A program made the translations under genes and the position numbers. A model generated the notes under the pieces. The model searched no databases. It worked only from the letters and a program-made list of their open reading frames with translations, and had not been told where the DNA came from. Source: Lama guanicoe (lineage: Eukaryota). From it: DNA of 64,000 nt. The DNA lies in the NCBI GenBank assembly GCA_013239625.1, contig MU054323.1:8235220-8299219 (forward strand). Direction: 5' to 3'. Position 1 is the stretch's first letter; the number at the start of each line of letters is the position of its first letter. Shown piece by piece: positions 25,525 to 39,029 of the stretch.

Positions 25525-26960
25525 ATTCACTGATTCAAAAAATTATTTACCAGTCTGCTAAGACATCTCAGCCACTTCACTAGCACTGGGGATATAGTGG
25601 TGACCAAGACAAATACAGCCCTGGCCTCAAGGAGATTAGCATTGAGTAGGGAAGAAACATATTCAAGAATCACTTGATCAAAGTAAGCCGAAAGAGAAAG
25701 AAAACTACCATGTGATATCACTCATATGTGGAATCTTAAAAAAAAAAAAAGAAACAAATGAACTTATTTACAAAACAGAAGCAGACTCACAGACATAGAA
25801 AACAAACTTACAGTTATGGGGGCGGGGAAGCGGGGGAAAGAGGGTGGGAAGGAATAAAATGAGAGTAACAGATTTGCAAATACTAACTGCTACATATAAA
25901 ATAGATAAATAACAAGTTTGTACTGTAGAGCACAGGAAACTATACTCAATATCTTGCAGTAACCTATAATGAAAAAGAATATGAAAATGAATATATGTAT
26001 GTATATGTATGACTGAAACATTATGCTACACACCAGAAACTGATATAACATTGTAAACTGACTATACCTCAATTTAAAAAATAGAAAAAAAATCACTTGG
26101 TTAACTATGTAATTCCTTCTGTGCTGGTGCTATGGACAGAATGCAGGATACAGTGACAACACTTGACCAGTGCTAGGGATCAGGGAAGCCCTTTGAAGAG
26201 GGGACATTTAGGATGCACAGGAGAGAAGCAGACAGGAGCGGAGAAGGGTGTCTCCCAACAGCAGAGCCCCCAGGGAAAAAGGCGCTAAAGATGCTGGCAG
26301 AGCCAAGAAGGTCCTAAGGACGGAATGTGATTCGAGGGTAAGAGTCAAGTCAAGGGAGACTGGGAAGGGGGTTGGGGTAGAACACACAGGGCCGGTGGCT
26401 CCTGGAGGGTTTATCTTCAAAGCTTTCCTGAAAGCCATGGACGTCATTGCAGGGTGTTATGCTGAGAAATGACATAATCAGATTTTTGTTTTCAAGGGGT
26501 CATTCTGCGCAGAGGGTGGCTGGCGAACATGCTGGAAGGAGGCCAGCCTAGCTTTGGGGAGGAATGTGAGGAGACTGCTGAGTAACTGAGGGGAGGGAAA
26601 CGGTGCTGGGACAGGGCTGTGGTGGCGAGAAGGAGAGAACTGGATGAGTTCATGTGACATTTTAAGGTGGAATCAGCAGCACTGGGAGATTGGACATGGG
26701 AGGGGGAGGGGTGGGAATTGTCGATGGTGACCAAGGGGTTTCTGACATGGAGGACATGCTCTTCCTGGGCTGGGAGCCTGGCAGAGGGACAGGCTTGGGG
26801 GGAAGAACATGACTTTGGACATGTTGAGTGTCTGTGCCCCTGGAGATGAGACATGGTAGTTAGATACATGGGGCTAAGAGCTTAGAACAGAGCTTTGGGC
26901 TGGACACAGACATTTGGAAATGTCCAGGAGCAGGTGATATTAAAGTGTGAATGAGATCGG
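25525..26960 (-). mobile_element. L2 element, interrupted by a younger L1
   Basis: Antisense L2 motifs ggggatatagtggtgaccaagacaaa, gacataatcagatttttgttttcaag, tttggacatgttgag. Confidence 0.8.
25681..26090 (+). mobile_element. 5'-truncated lineage-specific L1 3' end with A-tail and target-site duplication
   Basis: L1 3' UTR (cagactcacagacatagaaaacaaactta ... ttgtaaactgactatacctcaat) with an A-rich tail. AATCACTTG is duplicated at 25668-25676 and 26091-26099. Confidence 0.92.
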
Positions 26961-27069
26961 CCAGGGACTAGGGGACCACGGTGGTGATGGAGACAAGTTC
27001 CCTGCCCTCAGGGAGCTCATATTCTAATGGAGCAGATAGAGGATCCCACGTCTTATAGTTGGAGTGGCT

Positions 27070-28025
27070 TGTTAGAGACCTGTTCTCTCACCAAGAATAA
27101 GCTGGACAAACTCTAAAAGCCGTCCGTTGGCAGGCAGCCAGGATGTGAAAGGTCAGGATCCTGAGAGATGGCAGCATATGGAGGTGACATTCAGCATTAC
27201 TCTTCCCCTTAAGGTATCCCTGACTTGTGAGCAGCATGCGGCCAAGGGGCTAAAAACCAAACAAAAAGTGTTTGAGAAGAAGCTGAGAACTTGCGTTAGA
27301 GGTTGTGAAAATCTCACAGGGTAAGGGGACAAGTCTGGAGTTCAAAGTCCCCAGGCAAGCAGGATCTGAGGGCCAAGAAGTCAAGGAGAAGAACAGAGAA
27401 AAGGACCACAGTACGTTAGTTCAAAATCCCCAGGCCCTCTTCCCTGAAGGCACTTGCCGAGTCGGAGGCAGCATCCTCCCAAGTGGCGAAGCGTTAGCCG
27501 AAAGCAAGCTGGGAAGTTGGGCGGAGATTTTGGGCAGTAAGATGGGGCTGGGTAAACAAACTGGGAATCAAAGGCCCACCAAAGAGAAGGACCACAGAAA
27601 ACAACCCAGATTCCCAGTGAGAACCCCAGAAGGCTGAGGCACTAGGAGCCTGGGTGAGCCAGAAACAGAGCAGCCTTCAAAGTCTGACTGCCAGCTTCAA
27701 GCCAGCTCAACCCCAGGCTGGAGTGAGATGGCCTTCCGACACTTGAACTGCCTTGGGGAAAACCAAAATAAATCCTCCCTGATGAAATGTAACATCAGCC
27801 AGAGCCAAAAACATTATCTCCATAACAGAATCGGACCCACAGGTGATCCAGATATTGGAGTTATCTGACACAGACTTTTAAATAACTGTGGTTAATACGG
27901 TCAAGCAAATCGATGACAAGATGGAGAATTCACCAGAGAACTGCAATCGATGCAAAAGAATCAAAGGCAAGTTACAGCGGCATGGATAGAATTTGGTAAT
28001 TAGTATCTTTGATGAATGGCTAATG
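27070..28025 (+). mobile_element. Old L1 5' UTR / ORF1-start remnant
   Basis: cagatattggagttatctgacacagactttaaaataactgtggttaat ... gatggagaattcaccagagaactg is typical early ORF1 text. Confidence 0.65.
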
Positions 28026-28239
28026 TTTTTCCTCTCAGCCAGGAGGAAGGGCACCCCAGGGGCAGGTAAGTGCACCATGAAGCCCCGCAGGTGGCAGCCT
28101 GCAAACAGGATGGAGGGCAGGGTGTGGGGCTGGCAGGGCCGTCAGCAGCATTCCGTGCAGAAAATTCAGGGGAGGCCAGCTGGAACCACACTATGTTGGA
28201 ACTTAAAGAAATTAGAATTCTGTTCTGCAAAGAGTGAAC

Positions 28240-28790
28240 GGTAGTTCTGTTTGTCTGTGTCTCTGGGTTGCGTTTGCCTCACGGTCAACTTAGAAAAAGT
28301 AGAAAAAATGGCAGTTTGCATTTTTAAAAAAAATGTCTTTTTTTCAAACGTGAAGAAATTCAATACCTGCACCAGTACTTTAAGCATTTTTAATTGCTCT
28401 CCGTCCCCGAAGAGTTTCATCTTTGGGGCTATTTTTGTAACACTACGTCACAAGCCTATATTACAGTTTCAGACTAGCATTGAACTTTTAACCAAATTTT
28501 GGTATTAAGATCTTCCGCTGGTTTATTTTGTCCTTCCTTTGCTGACCTTGTAAACTACTTAATTGCGAAATGTGGTTCATCTCAGAGTGCCTCTTAACAT
28601 TGTATTCTTTAAAATAGAGATTTTTTCCATTGCACGGGAGACCAACAGCCACATCTTCAACATACTCGCACAACAAAGCCAGGCTCCTCACTTCCACTTA
28701 CTTAGAGCCATGTGGTTTTCATCAGCCACTTCTCTTTTCTTGGCAGAAAACATGGCAAAGATTTAAATTGTATTCAGCAAATGGCCCGAC
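28240..28790 (-). mobile_element. Fossil hAT (Charlie/SPIN/GTF2IRD2-like) DNA transposon with decayed transposase N-terminus
   Basis: Frameshifted minus-strand peptides MFSAKKREVADENH..W, KEYNVKRHSEMNH, LQGQQRKDKINQ, SETVI*ACDVV and IAPKMKLFGDGE occur in the order expected for this family. Confidence 0.75.
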
Positions 28791-29439
28791 CCTCTCACAC
28801 CAGGCTCCTATTGGCTATTCTCACGCTCACCCTGTCCCACGTGACCCTGCCTCCTTCTCCATTCCCAAAGAGTGCCCCCAGTCTCCTGCCAGGCAAACCC
28901 AGCTGACTGAGTCGCCCCACCTGCCAGACCTGGAGAGTGGAGCTCTGAAGCAGGAAATCAGACCAAAGACCTCTGGGACCTGGAGCAGACCAAGCTGAGT
29001 ATGAACCAACTCTCGGGAGAGAGGGTTCCTGAAATTAGACGGGCCAGCCAGCTGGGAGCTGTTCCTCACTGCTGCAGAGAATGGGCAGCTAATGAAGATG
29101 GTTCAAGGATTGGAGACCGCTGCCATTTGGGGAGTCCTGCCCCCTGCTTATCCCAGTGGGGAAGCCAAGCCCATCCCCCTTGCCACAGGCTCCTCCACCT
29201 TCTGTTCCCACCAGTTGTTACCCTTCCGAGCATCATTGTTGGGGTGAGGAGGAGCATGAGGCTCTTACCTCAGTTACTAAGCTGGCAGCAAAGTTTAGTG
29301 AGCCCTCTGTCCCCCGAACATCCTTTCATTGGAGGCTCGCTGAGCTCCACTGACATCTAAATGGCCAGAAAGAAGTGCCTGAGTGTTGGTGAGAACAGCC
29401 CTAAACTAGGAGCTGAGGGACCCAGGCTGTCCAGCACCC

Positions 29440-29790
29440 TCACCTCTGCCATATTGATTGCATCCAAACATACCCTGCTTCAACCACTGCCTGTTTCTCC
29501 ACTTCCACTGCTTCACTCTGGTCTCAGGCACCTTCTTGCACCTGGACCACCACGCTAGCCTCCCAGCATGTCCCCCTGATTCCACTCTGGCTTCCCCTTA
29601 GTCCATTCTCCACTCGGAGGCAGAGTGGTCTTTTAAAAGCATTGATCAGATCAGGCCAGGTCCCCCACTGAAAACCTCCTCAGTGACTTTCCTGACCATG
29701 GCCTTTAAGGCCCTGCCCATCTCTCCAGCCTCATCCTGAGTGACTCTCCCTCCCTCACTGTACCCCAGCCACACCGGCCTCCCTCCAGCC
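29440..29790 (+). mobile_element. L2 fragment
   Basis: ccattctccactcggaggcagagtggtcttttaaaagc ... tcagatca, tggcctttaaggccctg. Confidence 0.7.
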
Positions 29791-31680
29791 CCTCAGAACC
29801 CCAGTGTCCTAGACCAGCAAGACCCATGCCCCTGCAGGTTGGGCTGGCCCAGGAACCACAATGAGCATCTGCCCAAAGCTAAGAGGTGACATCGTCCCCT
29901 TCCAGGCCTGGGCTCCAGGTCTCTGGACCTCAGGTGGTCCAATGCTTCACTTCTCAGATGAAGAGACAGAGCCTAGACAGACACAGGGGCTGTCCAACAG
30001 TCAAATGAATTTATGGCCGAACCAGCCCAGAGGCCTTATGCTTTGACTCCTAAGGCAGTGCTCCTTTCTCCTCCCCCGGCTGCTGGGTCAGGGCCATCGC
30101 AGGCAGCCTGGGGCATAGAGAGGAGCCAGGTCTACCATTTGTGCAACATTTGGGGGACCAAATACCATTCAGACTGCTTCCCTCCAGGGCCCAGAAGGTG
30201 CTGGAGCTCTGATCTAGACAAGGAACACTTCTTGTTGCCTCACATCAGCTGGGTGCTCCAGGGGGTGCTGGGACTTGCCAAGGCTCACCATTCTCTGAAC
30301 ATGTAGAGCTCTAGGCTTTGGATCACACACTGTGAGACAGAGTAGAGACAGAATGACCCCAGGCAGACAGCAGGACTCCTAGGACCTCGCTGGAGGAGGC
30401 GGAAGAGGGCCTTCCTATGGTCCCCACGGCAGGTACTCCAGCTTGCGGGCAGCAAGCCAGGAAATAAGGGCTTGGGCTGTTTCAAGAAGGCTCCCATATT
30501 TGGGACGTAGGGTGGGGCCAGGGAGGTGCTGACAAGGGAGGAGTGGAGCCAGAGGGGAAAGGATGTATGAAACTAGGCAGGTGGGGCCAATGGAAACATC
30601 TCTGGGCTATAGCTAAACCTGAGCAGCAGGAAAGAAAAGGCTGTGATTTAAACAACCATTAAAATTATTCTGGCACTTCTGCTTTCCAAGGGGGTGGTAT
30701 AATGAGGGAAGAAGGATAAATCTTTATGTGCCTGTAGAGACCGGTAGGGGAAGGAGCTAAGACCAATAATTTGATTGTGTTAAGGGAAAAAGTAATTTCA
30801 GAACTGGCCCTTAATGTTTTTTGGGCTGGCAGAGATTGGCCCTGAGGCCATCTGGGCAGAGAGCGGGAATGAGCTGCTCTATAGGAGAAAAGATGCTGTG
30901 GGAGGCTGGCTCTGTGTGTGGGGAGGCAGGGAGGGAAGCAAGAGGGCCGGAAACATGGTGGATGCTGCAGGGGGCGGGGGCGGGGGTGGAGCAAGGGAAT
31001 AGCCAATATTCACCTTTAAGGAGTTTTCTGTGCTAAGATGCAATGCGTCTCTCCCAATTATATGTGGGGGAATGTGTTACATATGCCCCATGCCAGGGCT
31101 ACTTTGGCGAAATCAAGTAAAAGGGTCTATGTTTTACAGTTGTCTTGACACAGGGCAAAGAGAAGAAAACAATTTCAGGGGCAAAAGAATAAAAAAGAAG
31201 AAAGAAAGATGGGGAGAGCAAGGAAGAAAGAAGGATAGGAAGGGAGGGAGAGAGGGAAGAATGAGGGAGGAAGTAAGGAAAGAAATTAATTCAATAGAAA
31301 TAGATAAGAGGGGATTAGGAAAAATCCTCAGAAGTCCTGCAGGAAGCCCTGGGTTTCCCTCTATTGTGGGTTGAAGGTCTGATCCATTTTCCCTTGGATA
31401 TTAAGAGGCAAGATGACCCTATAAGGTCATAGGACTTGGGAACACCCACCATGGTGGACACAAGGTTTTAATCTTGTGTGTAACTTACTGAGTGATGAGG
31501 AACAAGAAACTGAGCAGGACTTGGTGAGGTTCTGAGCAGTCTCTGAAGGGCACTTGAGGCGATCCACCATCCAGGAGTCTAAATCCAGTCCTGTTCTGTT
31601 GAAGGCAGGTCCTCAGCTCACTGTAACCTAGAGGGTTATGGAAACCCTTGTAGGATCTGGAAGAAAGTGGGCTTACTATT

Positions 31681-31703
31681 CACACACACACACACACACA
31701 CAC
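31681..31703 (+). repeat. (CA)n microsatellite
   Basis: Directly visible. Confidence 0.95.
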
Positions 31704-34624
31704 CCCTTCAGATAATGATAAGGACAGGACTGGCCCGAGTGTCTCCCTGCCCCCTTCCCCTTGATGTTTCTTGAAGCCTCTTTTATATTATGGATCATCT
31801 CTTAATGGCCAATTAAGATGACTGAGTGGTTCCATTTACATTTCAGGGAAGCCCTTGGGACCCTTTGGGCCAATACTGAGGACACACTCCTTTCTACCTT
31901 CCCTTCCACTTAGAAACTGAAGTTATTCAAGGTGCTGGCTTCTGAGAACACCCCATGGTAGAACCAAGTTTTTCATTCTTTATAAAAGTGTAGATACCTC
32001 AAATCATATATTGCCATGACCAGGGTCCCCCAAAAGTCCTCCCCAGCACTTGATCCATGGGTATCAACCTTTTGTCTGGATTTCTCCAGAGAAGACCCCA
32101 TCATGTACTTGACTGTAATACAACTCTTAGAGAGACGATCCCCTCAAAGACACTAGTATGCACATCTCTGTCTAGAGGAGAATGACCTTGCAGGGAGGGA
32201 TCTGGAAACCATCTCAAATGTCAAATGAATTGAGGATATTGAGTCTAGGGAAGAGCAAATCAGAGAGGACGCACAACTGTTAGTAAGAATTCTTTCTCAT
32301 GAGCAAGAGAACTGTGGCAAATTAGGTTAAATAAGAACAAAAAAATATTGGCTCATGTAAAAGGGAGGACTATGTAGGCTCCAGGAATGGCACACTCCCT
32401 GTCTTCAAGAAGATTGCAATCAGCTCTACCCCACTTACACAGAATAGATTTCCCACAGAAAAGAAGGGATCTGTTACCACAGGAGGGTTGAAGAGGTACT
32501 GGCCAGACAGAGACAGAAGCATCCACTCCAGCTGTCTACAAAGGTATGAGACATGCTGGGATATTTTTCTTTCTATAGAATGTAAATTGGATCACATCAC
32601 CGTCTTGCTTAATATTCTTCAGTGGGTCACCAGGGCCTACAAGATAAACTAGTTCCTTCAGATGACTTACAAACCCCTGCACGCTGTGCCCCTGGCTCCC
32701 TGCTCGGCTGCAGCTCCTACAGTTCTCTGTCGAGCTCCCTCCCCAAGGTACCATTACAGCCAGAGCCATGCAGACCTCCATCCCTCTGCCCCAGGCATGG
32801 GCCAGGCTCTCTCCTAATTCTCTACACCAGAGCGAAAGACAAGTTAACAGCATTGCCTGAAATCTTAGAGAGAAAAAGGGGAATATATACCAGAAAGCAC
32901 CCTATAATTGTTCTCAGAGTGGCTCTGCTGAGACCCCACCACCCTGAGCTAATTTCAAGGTCCTTTATAAGCCCTCTCCCCACCCCACATGCCAGCTGCC
33001 TCCGTGTGGCCAGGGATAAATCCCCTTCCACCGCCAGGTGTATTGCAAGTATTCCCCTTCCTTGGAGTCCAGGTCTAAGCAATGACCCCACCCCCACCCC
33101 AGCTCCTGGCGGTAGGTTTTCCCTCTCACTAACAGCTAAGATCTGCCTCCCAAGCTCTCTTGTCCTGCCAGGGAATTTGCCTCTTCTATGCATTACTGAC
33201 AATAGGAGTATCAAAACAAAACACCTGCCAGGACATTTCCCCAAAGTGGGGATGATCAGGCTAAAACAGCATCCTCGGGTGGGATACCAGTTCCCAGGTC
33301 TAGGTTGGGCTGTGCCACGTCCAGTCTGGGTTATTTGCACAGTTGTTTTCTCCAGTCTCAGCTGAAGAAGTGAGCACTTCTCTCCCACATTCTTCTCCAT
33401 CTCAGCTCCTTATCTTGTACAAACAACTGATCCCGAAGTAACACACACCACTTTGCAGGAACACACCAGTTTCAGGCTAAGGGTTGTCTGATTCCAAATT
33501 AGGGCATGGTGGTGCTCTAAATAAAACAATGCTCAGAGGCAGAATTCCACAAATCACTCAATGTATATTACTAAAGAGTATTAACATTTTAGACTGAAAA
33601 TGTCCTTTAGGATCCCCTCAGTGCCTTCCCATTCTCACCAAGAATAATAGGTCCTTGCTTTATATTAGCACAGCTAAAAGGGCCAGCCTAAGCGGTACAT
33701 TCGAAAATAAAGAAACATCTTCCATAAAGCAAATTTTAGTCTCCATTCTAAAAGGCAGATAGCTTGTAATTCTAAAATGGCATTTTTCCCCAGTTAAAAA
33801 AAAACCAACTTAATATAAACTCACTATAAAGTAATTTTATAATTCCAGGACAAAGAACAAAAAGGAGAGAGGTTGAGTAAAGGCTGATTTCAAAGTTTTG
33901 TCATGGGAGCCCTACTGACACACCCAATCAAAAAGCCAAAAAATTATCAGATGTGGGGTGTTTAGACCATTTACATTTAATGTGATTGTTGATACTATTT
34001 AGTTTAAATCTACCATTTTGCTATTTGTGTCTGTGTCTCCCCATCTGTTCTGTAGCCTCAATTTCCTCTTTTTTGAGTTGCTTAATGTGTTTTATGGTTC
34101 CATTTTATCATAGGTCTACTTTATTCATAGGATATCATATGAAATTCATTTTCTCATAGGTCCATCTCATTCCCTCTAACCCCAGTATTGCATCCCATAG
34201 TATGGATGTACCATAGCTTATTTATTAACAGAAATTTAAATGTTTTTTAATTTTAAATATTACCAAAAAACTGCAGTTAACATTTTTATGCATGCCTCTT
34301 TGTGCCTCAGTGAGTATTTCTGTACTCACTGTACAATCAAAAGTAAAACTTCTAGGCCAAAGGATATGTACTTTTTTATTTTGACGGAGCCTGCCAAGTT
34401 GCCCTCCAAAAAAGCTGTATCAATTTGTTCCACCAACAAATGGCCATTCCCTATATTCTTGCCAACCTTGGATAGAATCAATTTCCTTTTATTATTTTTG
34501 TCATTCTATTGGGGATGATTGTCATTATTACTGTTTTAAATTTGTATGTCTCTAGTTTATTATGATAGTAAATATATTGACATATATTTATTGGCCATTT
34601 GTACGTCTTCTGTGAATTGTCTAT

Positions 34625-35005
34625 TGTTATGGGCTGACAAATTAATATGTTTAAGTCCTAACCCCCAGCTTCTCAGATGTGACCAAATTTGGAGATGGGG
34701 GCCTTTAAGGCAGTAATTAAGGTAAAATGAGGTCTTGTGGTGGGCCATAATCCAATGTGACTTGTGTCCTTATAAGAAGAGGCGATTAGGACACAGACTT
34801 GTGTGTGCACAGAAGAAAGACCGTGTGAGGCCAGAGTGAGAAGGCAGCCATCTGCAAACAAAGGAAAGGGGTCTCAGAAGAAATCAAACCTGCCAACACC
34901 TTGATCTTGGACTTCTAGCCTCATGAACTGTGAGAAAATTAATTTCTGCTGTTTAAGCCACCCAATTTGTGTATTTCCTTATGGCAGCACTAGCAAACTA
35001 ATATA
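34625..35005 (+). mobile_element. MaLR solo LTR (MLT1A/B-like)
   Basis: Starts tgttatgggctga. Contains gtccttataagaagagg, accttgatcttggacttctagcctc and tgtttaagccacc, and ends gcaaactaatata. Confidence 0.9.
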
Positions 35006-35149
35006 CATATTCACATAAACTGCCCATTAGTCTCTTGGGCAGTGTTTCTTTCTTATTGCTTTATAGGAGTTCATTACATATCTCCTTTATATATATGTAT
35101 AATATAATATATAAAATAACTTTTTTATTGTATATAATAAGTTTTTGTC

Positions 35150-35282
35150 TAGGGTGATCATATAATTTATCATTCAAACCAGGACACCTTTGAGAATGAC
35201 AAATGCTAAAGCAGATGGGACACCAGGACAACAGGTATAAGCCAAAACTGTCCTCAGAAAACTAGAACGTATAGCCGCCATA
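35150..35282 (+). mobile_element. MER94-like hAT-Blackjack MITE
   Basis: Starts tagggtgatcatataatttatcattcaaaccaggacac, with a decayed inverted terminus cgtatagccgccata. Confidence 0.75.
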
Positions 35283-37832
35283 CTATCATCTGTTACATTT
35301 GCTGCCAAATTTTTCTCCAAGTATATTAATTACTTTTAAATTTTAATAGACTATTTTTAGAGCAGTTTTAGGTAGAAAAAATGAGCAGAATGTTCCCCTA
35401 TTATTAACATTATTAACATCTTGCATTGGTGTGGTAATTTGTGACAACTGATGAACCAATATTGATACATTTAATAACTAAAATGCATAGAGTTCATTAG
35501 GGTTGGCTTTCTATGTTGTATAGTTCTATGGGTTTTGACAAATGCATGATGCCTTGTATCGACCATTACAGTATCATAGAGAAGAGTTTCACTGCCTTAA
35601 AAATGACTACACTCTGTTATTCGTCCCTCCCTTCCTCCTCTGGGACCTCTGGAAATCAATGCTTTTTTTTTTTTTTTTACTGTCTCCATAGTTTTGCCCT
35701 TTCCAGAATACCATATAGTTGAAGTTATATAGTATGTAGCTTCTTTCAATTAAGAATATGCATTTAAGATTCCTTCATGTCCTTTCATGGCTTGATAACA
35801 TCTTTCTTTTTATCACTAAATAATATTCTGTTGTAAGGATGTACCATAGTTTGTTTATCCACTCACTTATTGGTAGATATCATGGTTGCTTTCAATTACT
35901 GAGTTATGAACAAAGCTACTTTAAATATTTGTGTGTAGGTTTTTGCATAGACAAAGTCTTCAACTCATTTGGGTAAACACCTAGGAGCAGGATTGCTGAA
36001 TTGTATAGAAGACTATGTCTATAGTTTTGTAAGAGACTGCCAAACTGTCTTCCAAAGTGGCTGCACCACATTTCATTCCCACGAGAGTTTCTGTGTCTCC
36101 ATATTCTTGCCAGCATTTGATGTTGTCAGTGTTTGGGATTTTAGCCATTCTAATAGATGAGTAGTTGTATTTCACTATTGTTTTAATCTGCAGTTCCCTG
36201 ATGACTTATGATGTTAAACATCTCCTCATAAGCATATTTGCCATCTGCATGTCTTCTTTGTTGAGGTATCTGTTCAGATTTTTGGCCCAATTTTTAATTG
36301 GTTTGGTTGTTTTCTTATTATTGAGTTTTTAAAGCTCTTTATATATTTTGGATACAAGTCCTTTATGAGCTATGTCTTTTGCAAAGATTTTCTCCTTGCC
36401 TGTGGCCTGTCTTTTCAATCTCTTAACTGTATCCTTCACAGGGCAGAGTTTTTAATTTTAATGAATTTGAACTTAGCAACTTTTTCTTTCAAGGTTTGGT
36501 GTTGTATCTAAAAATATCATTGTCAAACTCAAGGTCACCTAGATTTTCTCCTATGTTATTCTCTAGAAAATTTATATTTTTAATTTTACATTTAGATCTA
36601 TGATCCATTTTTGGTTAATTTTGTAAAGAATGTAAGGTCTGTGTCTAGATTTATTGATTTTTGCATAAGTATGTCCAATCATTTCAGTATCATATGTTGA
36701 AAACACTACTCCATTGTATAATTTTTGCTCCTTTGTCAAAGTCTATTTGACTATATTTGGCTATTTGACTATATATGGGTCTATTTGTGGTCTCTTTATT
36801 CTGTTCCATTGATCTATTTATCCTTTCATCAATATCATGCTGTCTTGCTCACTATAGCTTTACAGTAAACCTGGAAGTCGTGTAGTATCAGTCCTCTGAC
36901 TTTGTTCTTCTTCAGTATTGTGTTGGCTATTCTGGGTCATTTGCCTTTCCATATAAACCTTGGAATCAGTTTGTTGATATCCACAAAATAACTTGGTGGG
37001 ATTTTGATTGATACTGTATTAAATCTAGAGATCAAGTTGGGAAGAACCAGTATCTAAACAATTTTGAGTTTACCTATTTATGAACATGAAATATTTCCTC
37101 ATTTATTTAGATATTCTTTGCTTTTTTCATTTTGTAGTTTTCTTTATATATATCCTGCATATATTTTGGTAGATTGATTGATTGATTTCTTTCTTTCCTT
37201 TCTTTCTTTTTCATTGTTTCTATGTTTGTTTTTCTTTGTTTCTTTCTTTTTTATGCTAATGTACATGGTGTTTTCTTTTCAATATTAAATTCTAATTATT
37301 CATTGCCTGTATACAGGAAGGTAACTAATTTTTGTATATTAACCTTGTATCCTGCAACTTTGCTATAATCACAATATTAGTTCCAGGAGTTTTCATTAAT
37401 TCTTTGTGATTCTACACAGACAATCATGTTATGTGCAAACAAAGAGAGTTTTTGTCTTCCTTTGCATTCTGTATATCCTATTTCCTTTTCTTGTCCTATT
37501 GCATTAGCTAAATCTTTCAGCATGGTATTGACCAGGACTAGTGAGAGGGATATCCTTGTCTTGTCCCCAGTCTTAGAAGAAAAGCATCTTTTGTCACCAT
37601 TAAGTATGTTAATGTTCATTACTTTTTTTAAAACATGGAATTAAATAAAAACTAATTTGAAATATGTCTCTATGTTTTCTAGATTTTGTTTTGCTTTAAA
37701 AGGCCTTCCCTATTCCAAGGTTACAGAAATGTGTCCCTATTTTTTCCCTAATAATTGTATAGGTTTGTTTTTTTACCTGCACTTCTTTCATCCATCTGAA
37801 ATTTATTTTGTATGTGCTGTGAGGTAGGGGTC

Positions 37833-38290
37833 TGTGGTAAATAGACACTATAGATTAGCTGGATCAAAATTCACATCAGTGCCCTTCTGGTGTGCCTTCC
37901 CATATTGCAGAGACTTTTCTTGATTTTCAGATGTAGTGGAGATTCCCCATTTGGATGTCTTCAGGATCTGCCACAGCTCCAAGCCAGTGACTGAGCATGA
38001 AGAAGAAACTAAGTCATGGCCATTTCTGCCCCACAGAAAGGAACTCTTCCAAGGACAATTTTGTAGTGGCCAAGACTTCCTCAAAGCTGCACTGCAGCCT
38101 GAAGCTTTTCCTACTCAATCTTCTCTCCTCCTTTCCTTTCACAAGTGTCACACCTGTATTATAGTCTGAAGGCTTTCCCTGCTACTCCTGCTCCTTATCC
38201 TCTTTATTTTTATAGGCATGGTCCCAACAAATCTCCTGCCCCCCTAAGTCCATCTTGGTGTCTACTTCCCAGAAGACCCAAGCAGATACA
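37833..38290 (+). mobile_element. LTR16-like ERVL solo LTR
   Basis: TG start, aagccagtgactgagcatg, ggccatttctgcccca, and end catcttggtgtctacttcccagaagaccca..aca. Confidence 0.75.
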
Positions 38291-38294
38291 ACTC

Positions 38295-38622
38295 ACATGA
38301 AGCTCTGAGTTACATGGAGAAAAAGACAGCACAGCCTCCATTTTACTAGCACAGATCCTGGCAGAGGTGGTAGTTTTGGAATAGCTTCCATAGCAAAGCT
38401 TCCTGCTGTCTGGAAGCTTCCAAACTGCAGCAATGACATCTCCTTCAGTGGCTCAGTTCTGCACTGTGGCTTTAGAAGTTGTCCTGGTAAGTTCAACCTA
38501 AAATCTTTTCCTCCAACACTCCCTACAATTCTGGCAGCTGTACATGCCTTCCATAAATTCTTTCCGACCAAAATGGCTAGAATGAATTCTCTTTTCAGAA
38601 AGTAAAACCATCACCAATATAC
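38295..38622 (+). mobile_element. ERVL/MaLR-type LTR fragment
   Basis: LTR-like 3' end ccataaattctttcc ... aaaatggctagaatgaattctc ... accaatatac. Confidence 0.5.
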
Positions 38623-39029
38623 TAACTTAATTTTTTTCAGAGTGGGTAATCTGATGTCTCAAAACCATTCTTGAATAGTCAATCTTTCCCTAGTGATTTA
38701 AAATGCCCTTTTAGCACACACTAGATTTCCATGGATCTATTTCTTTATCCGTTCCATTGTTTGGATTATCTGTTCATACACCAATATCACTCTGTATTGA
38801 CCACTTTATAGTGTATGTTTATACATGGGAGAGCTGTTTCCTTCTTGTTGTTCTTACTGTGTCAGAATTCGCCTGGGTATTTTTGTACATTTTTCCTTCC
38901 AGATGGCTTTTAGAATTTGCTTGTAAAATTCCATTTTTAAAACTCTTATTAAGTTTTTACTGGGATTTCACTGAATTTATAGATTAATTTAGGAAGAATT
39001 TATGTCTCCACAATATTGGATCTTTGCCA

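Larger units (their letters stand above)
33945..39025 (-). mobile_element. Composite block of old antisense L1 fragments (L1MC/L1ME-like, with a younger piece at about 35340-37620) carrying several insertions
   Basis: Long T-rich region with ORF2 and 3' UTR antisense motifs (ccaaactgtcttccaaagtggctgcacca, tatattttggatacaagtcctttat). Track ORFs 35916-36116 and 37377-37619 are L1 ORF2-like debris. Confidence 0.88.

Noticed and set aside
31330..32250. Possible ancient retroelement internal sequence or processed pseudogene
   Set aside because: Could not recover convincing peptide motifs; a Dfam or tblastx search is needed.
32622..33400. Long overlapping ORFs of 247 aa (+) and 192 aa (-)
   Set aside because: No recognisable domain, Pro/Ser/Leu-rich composition typical of GC-rich non-coding DNA, and no splice support.
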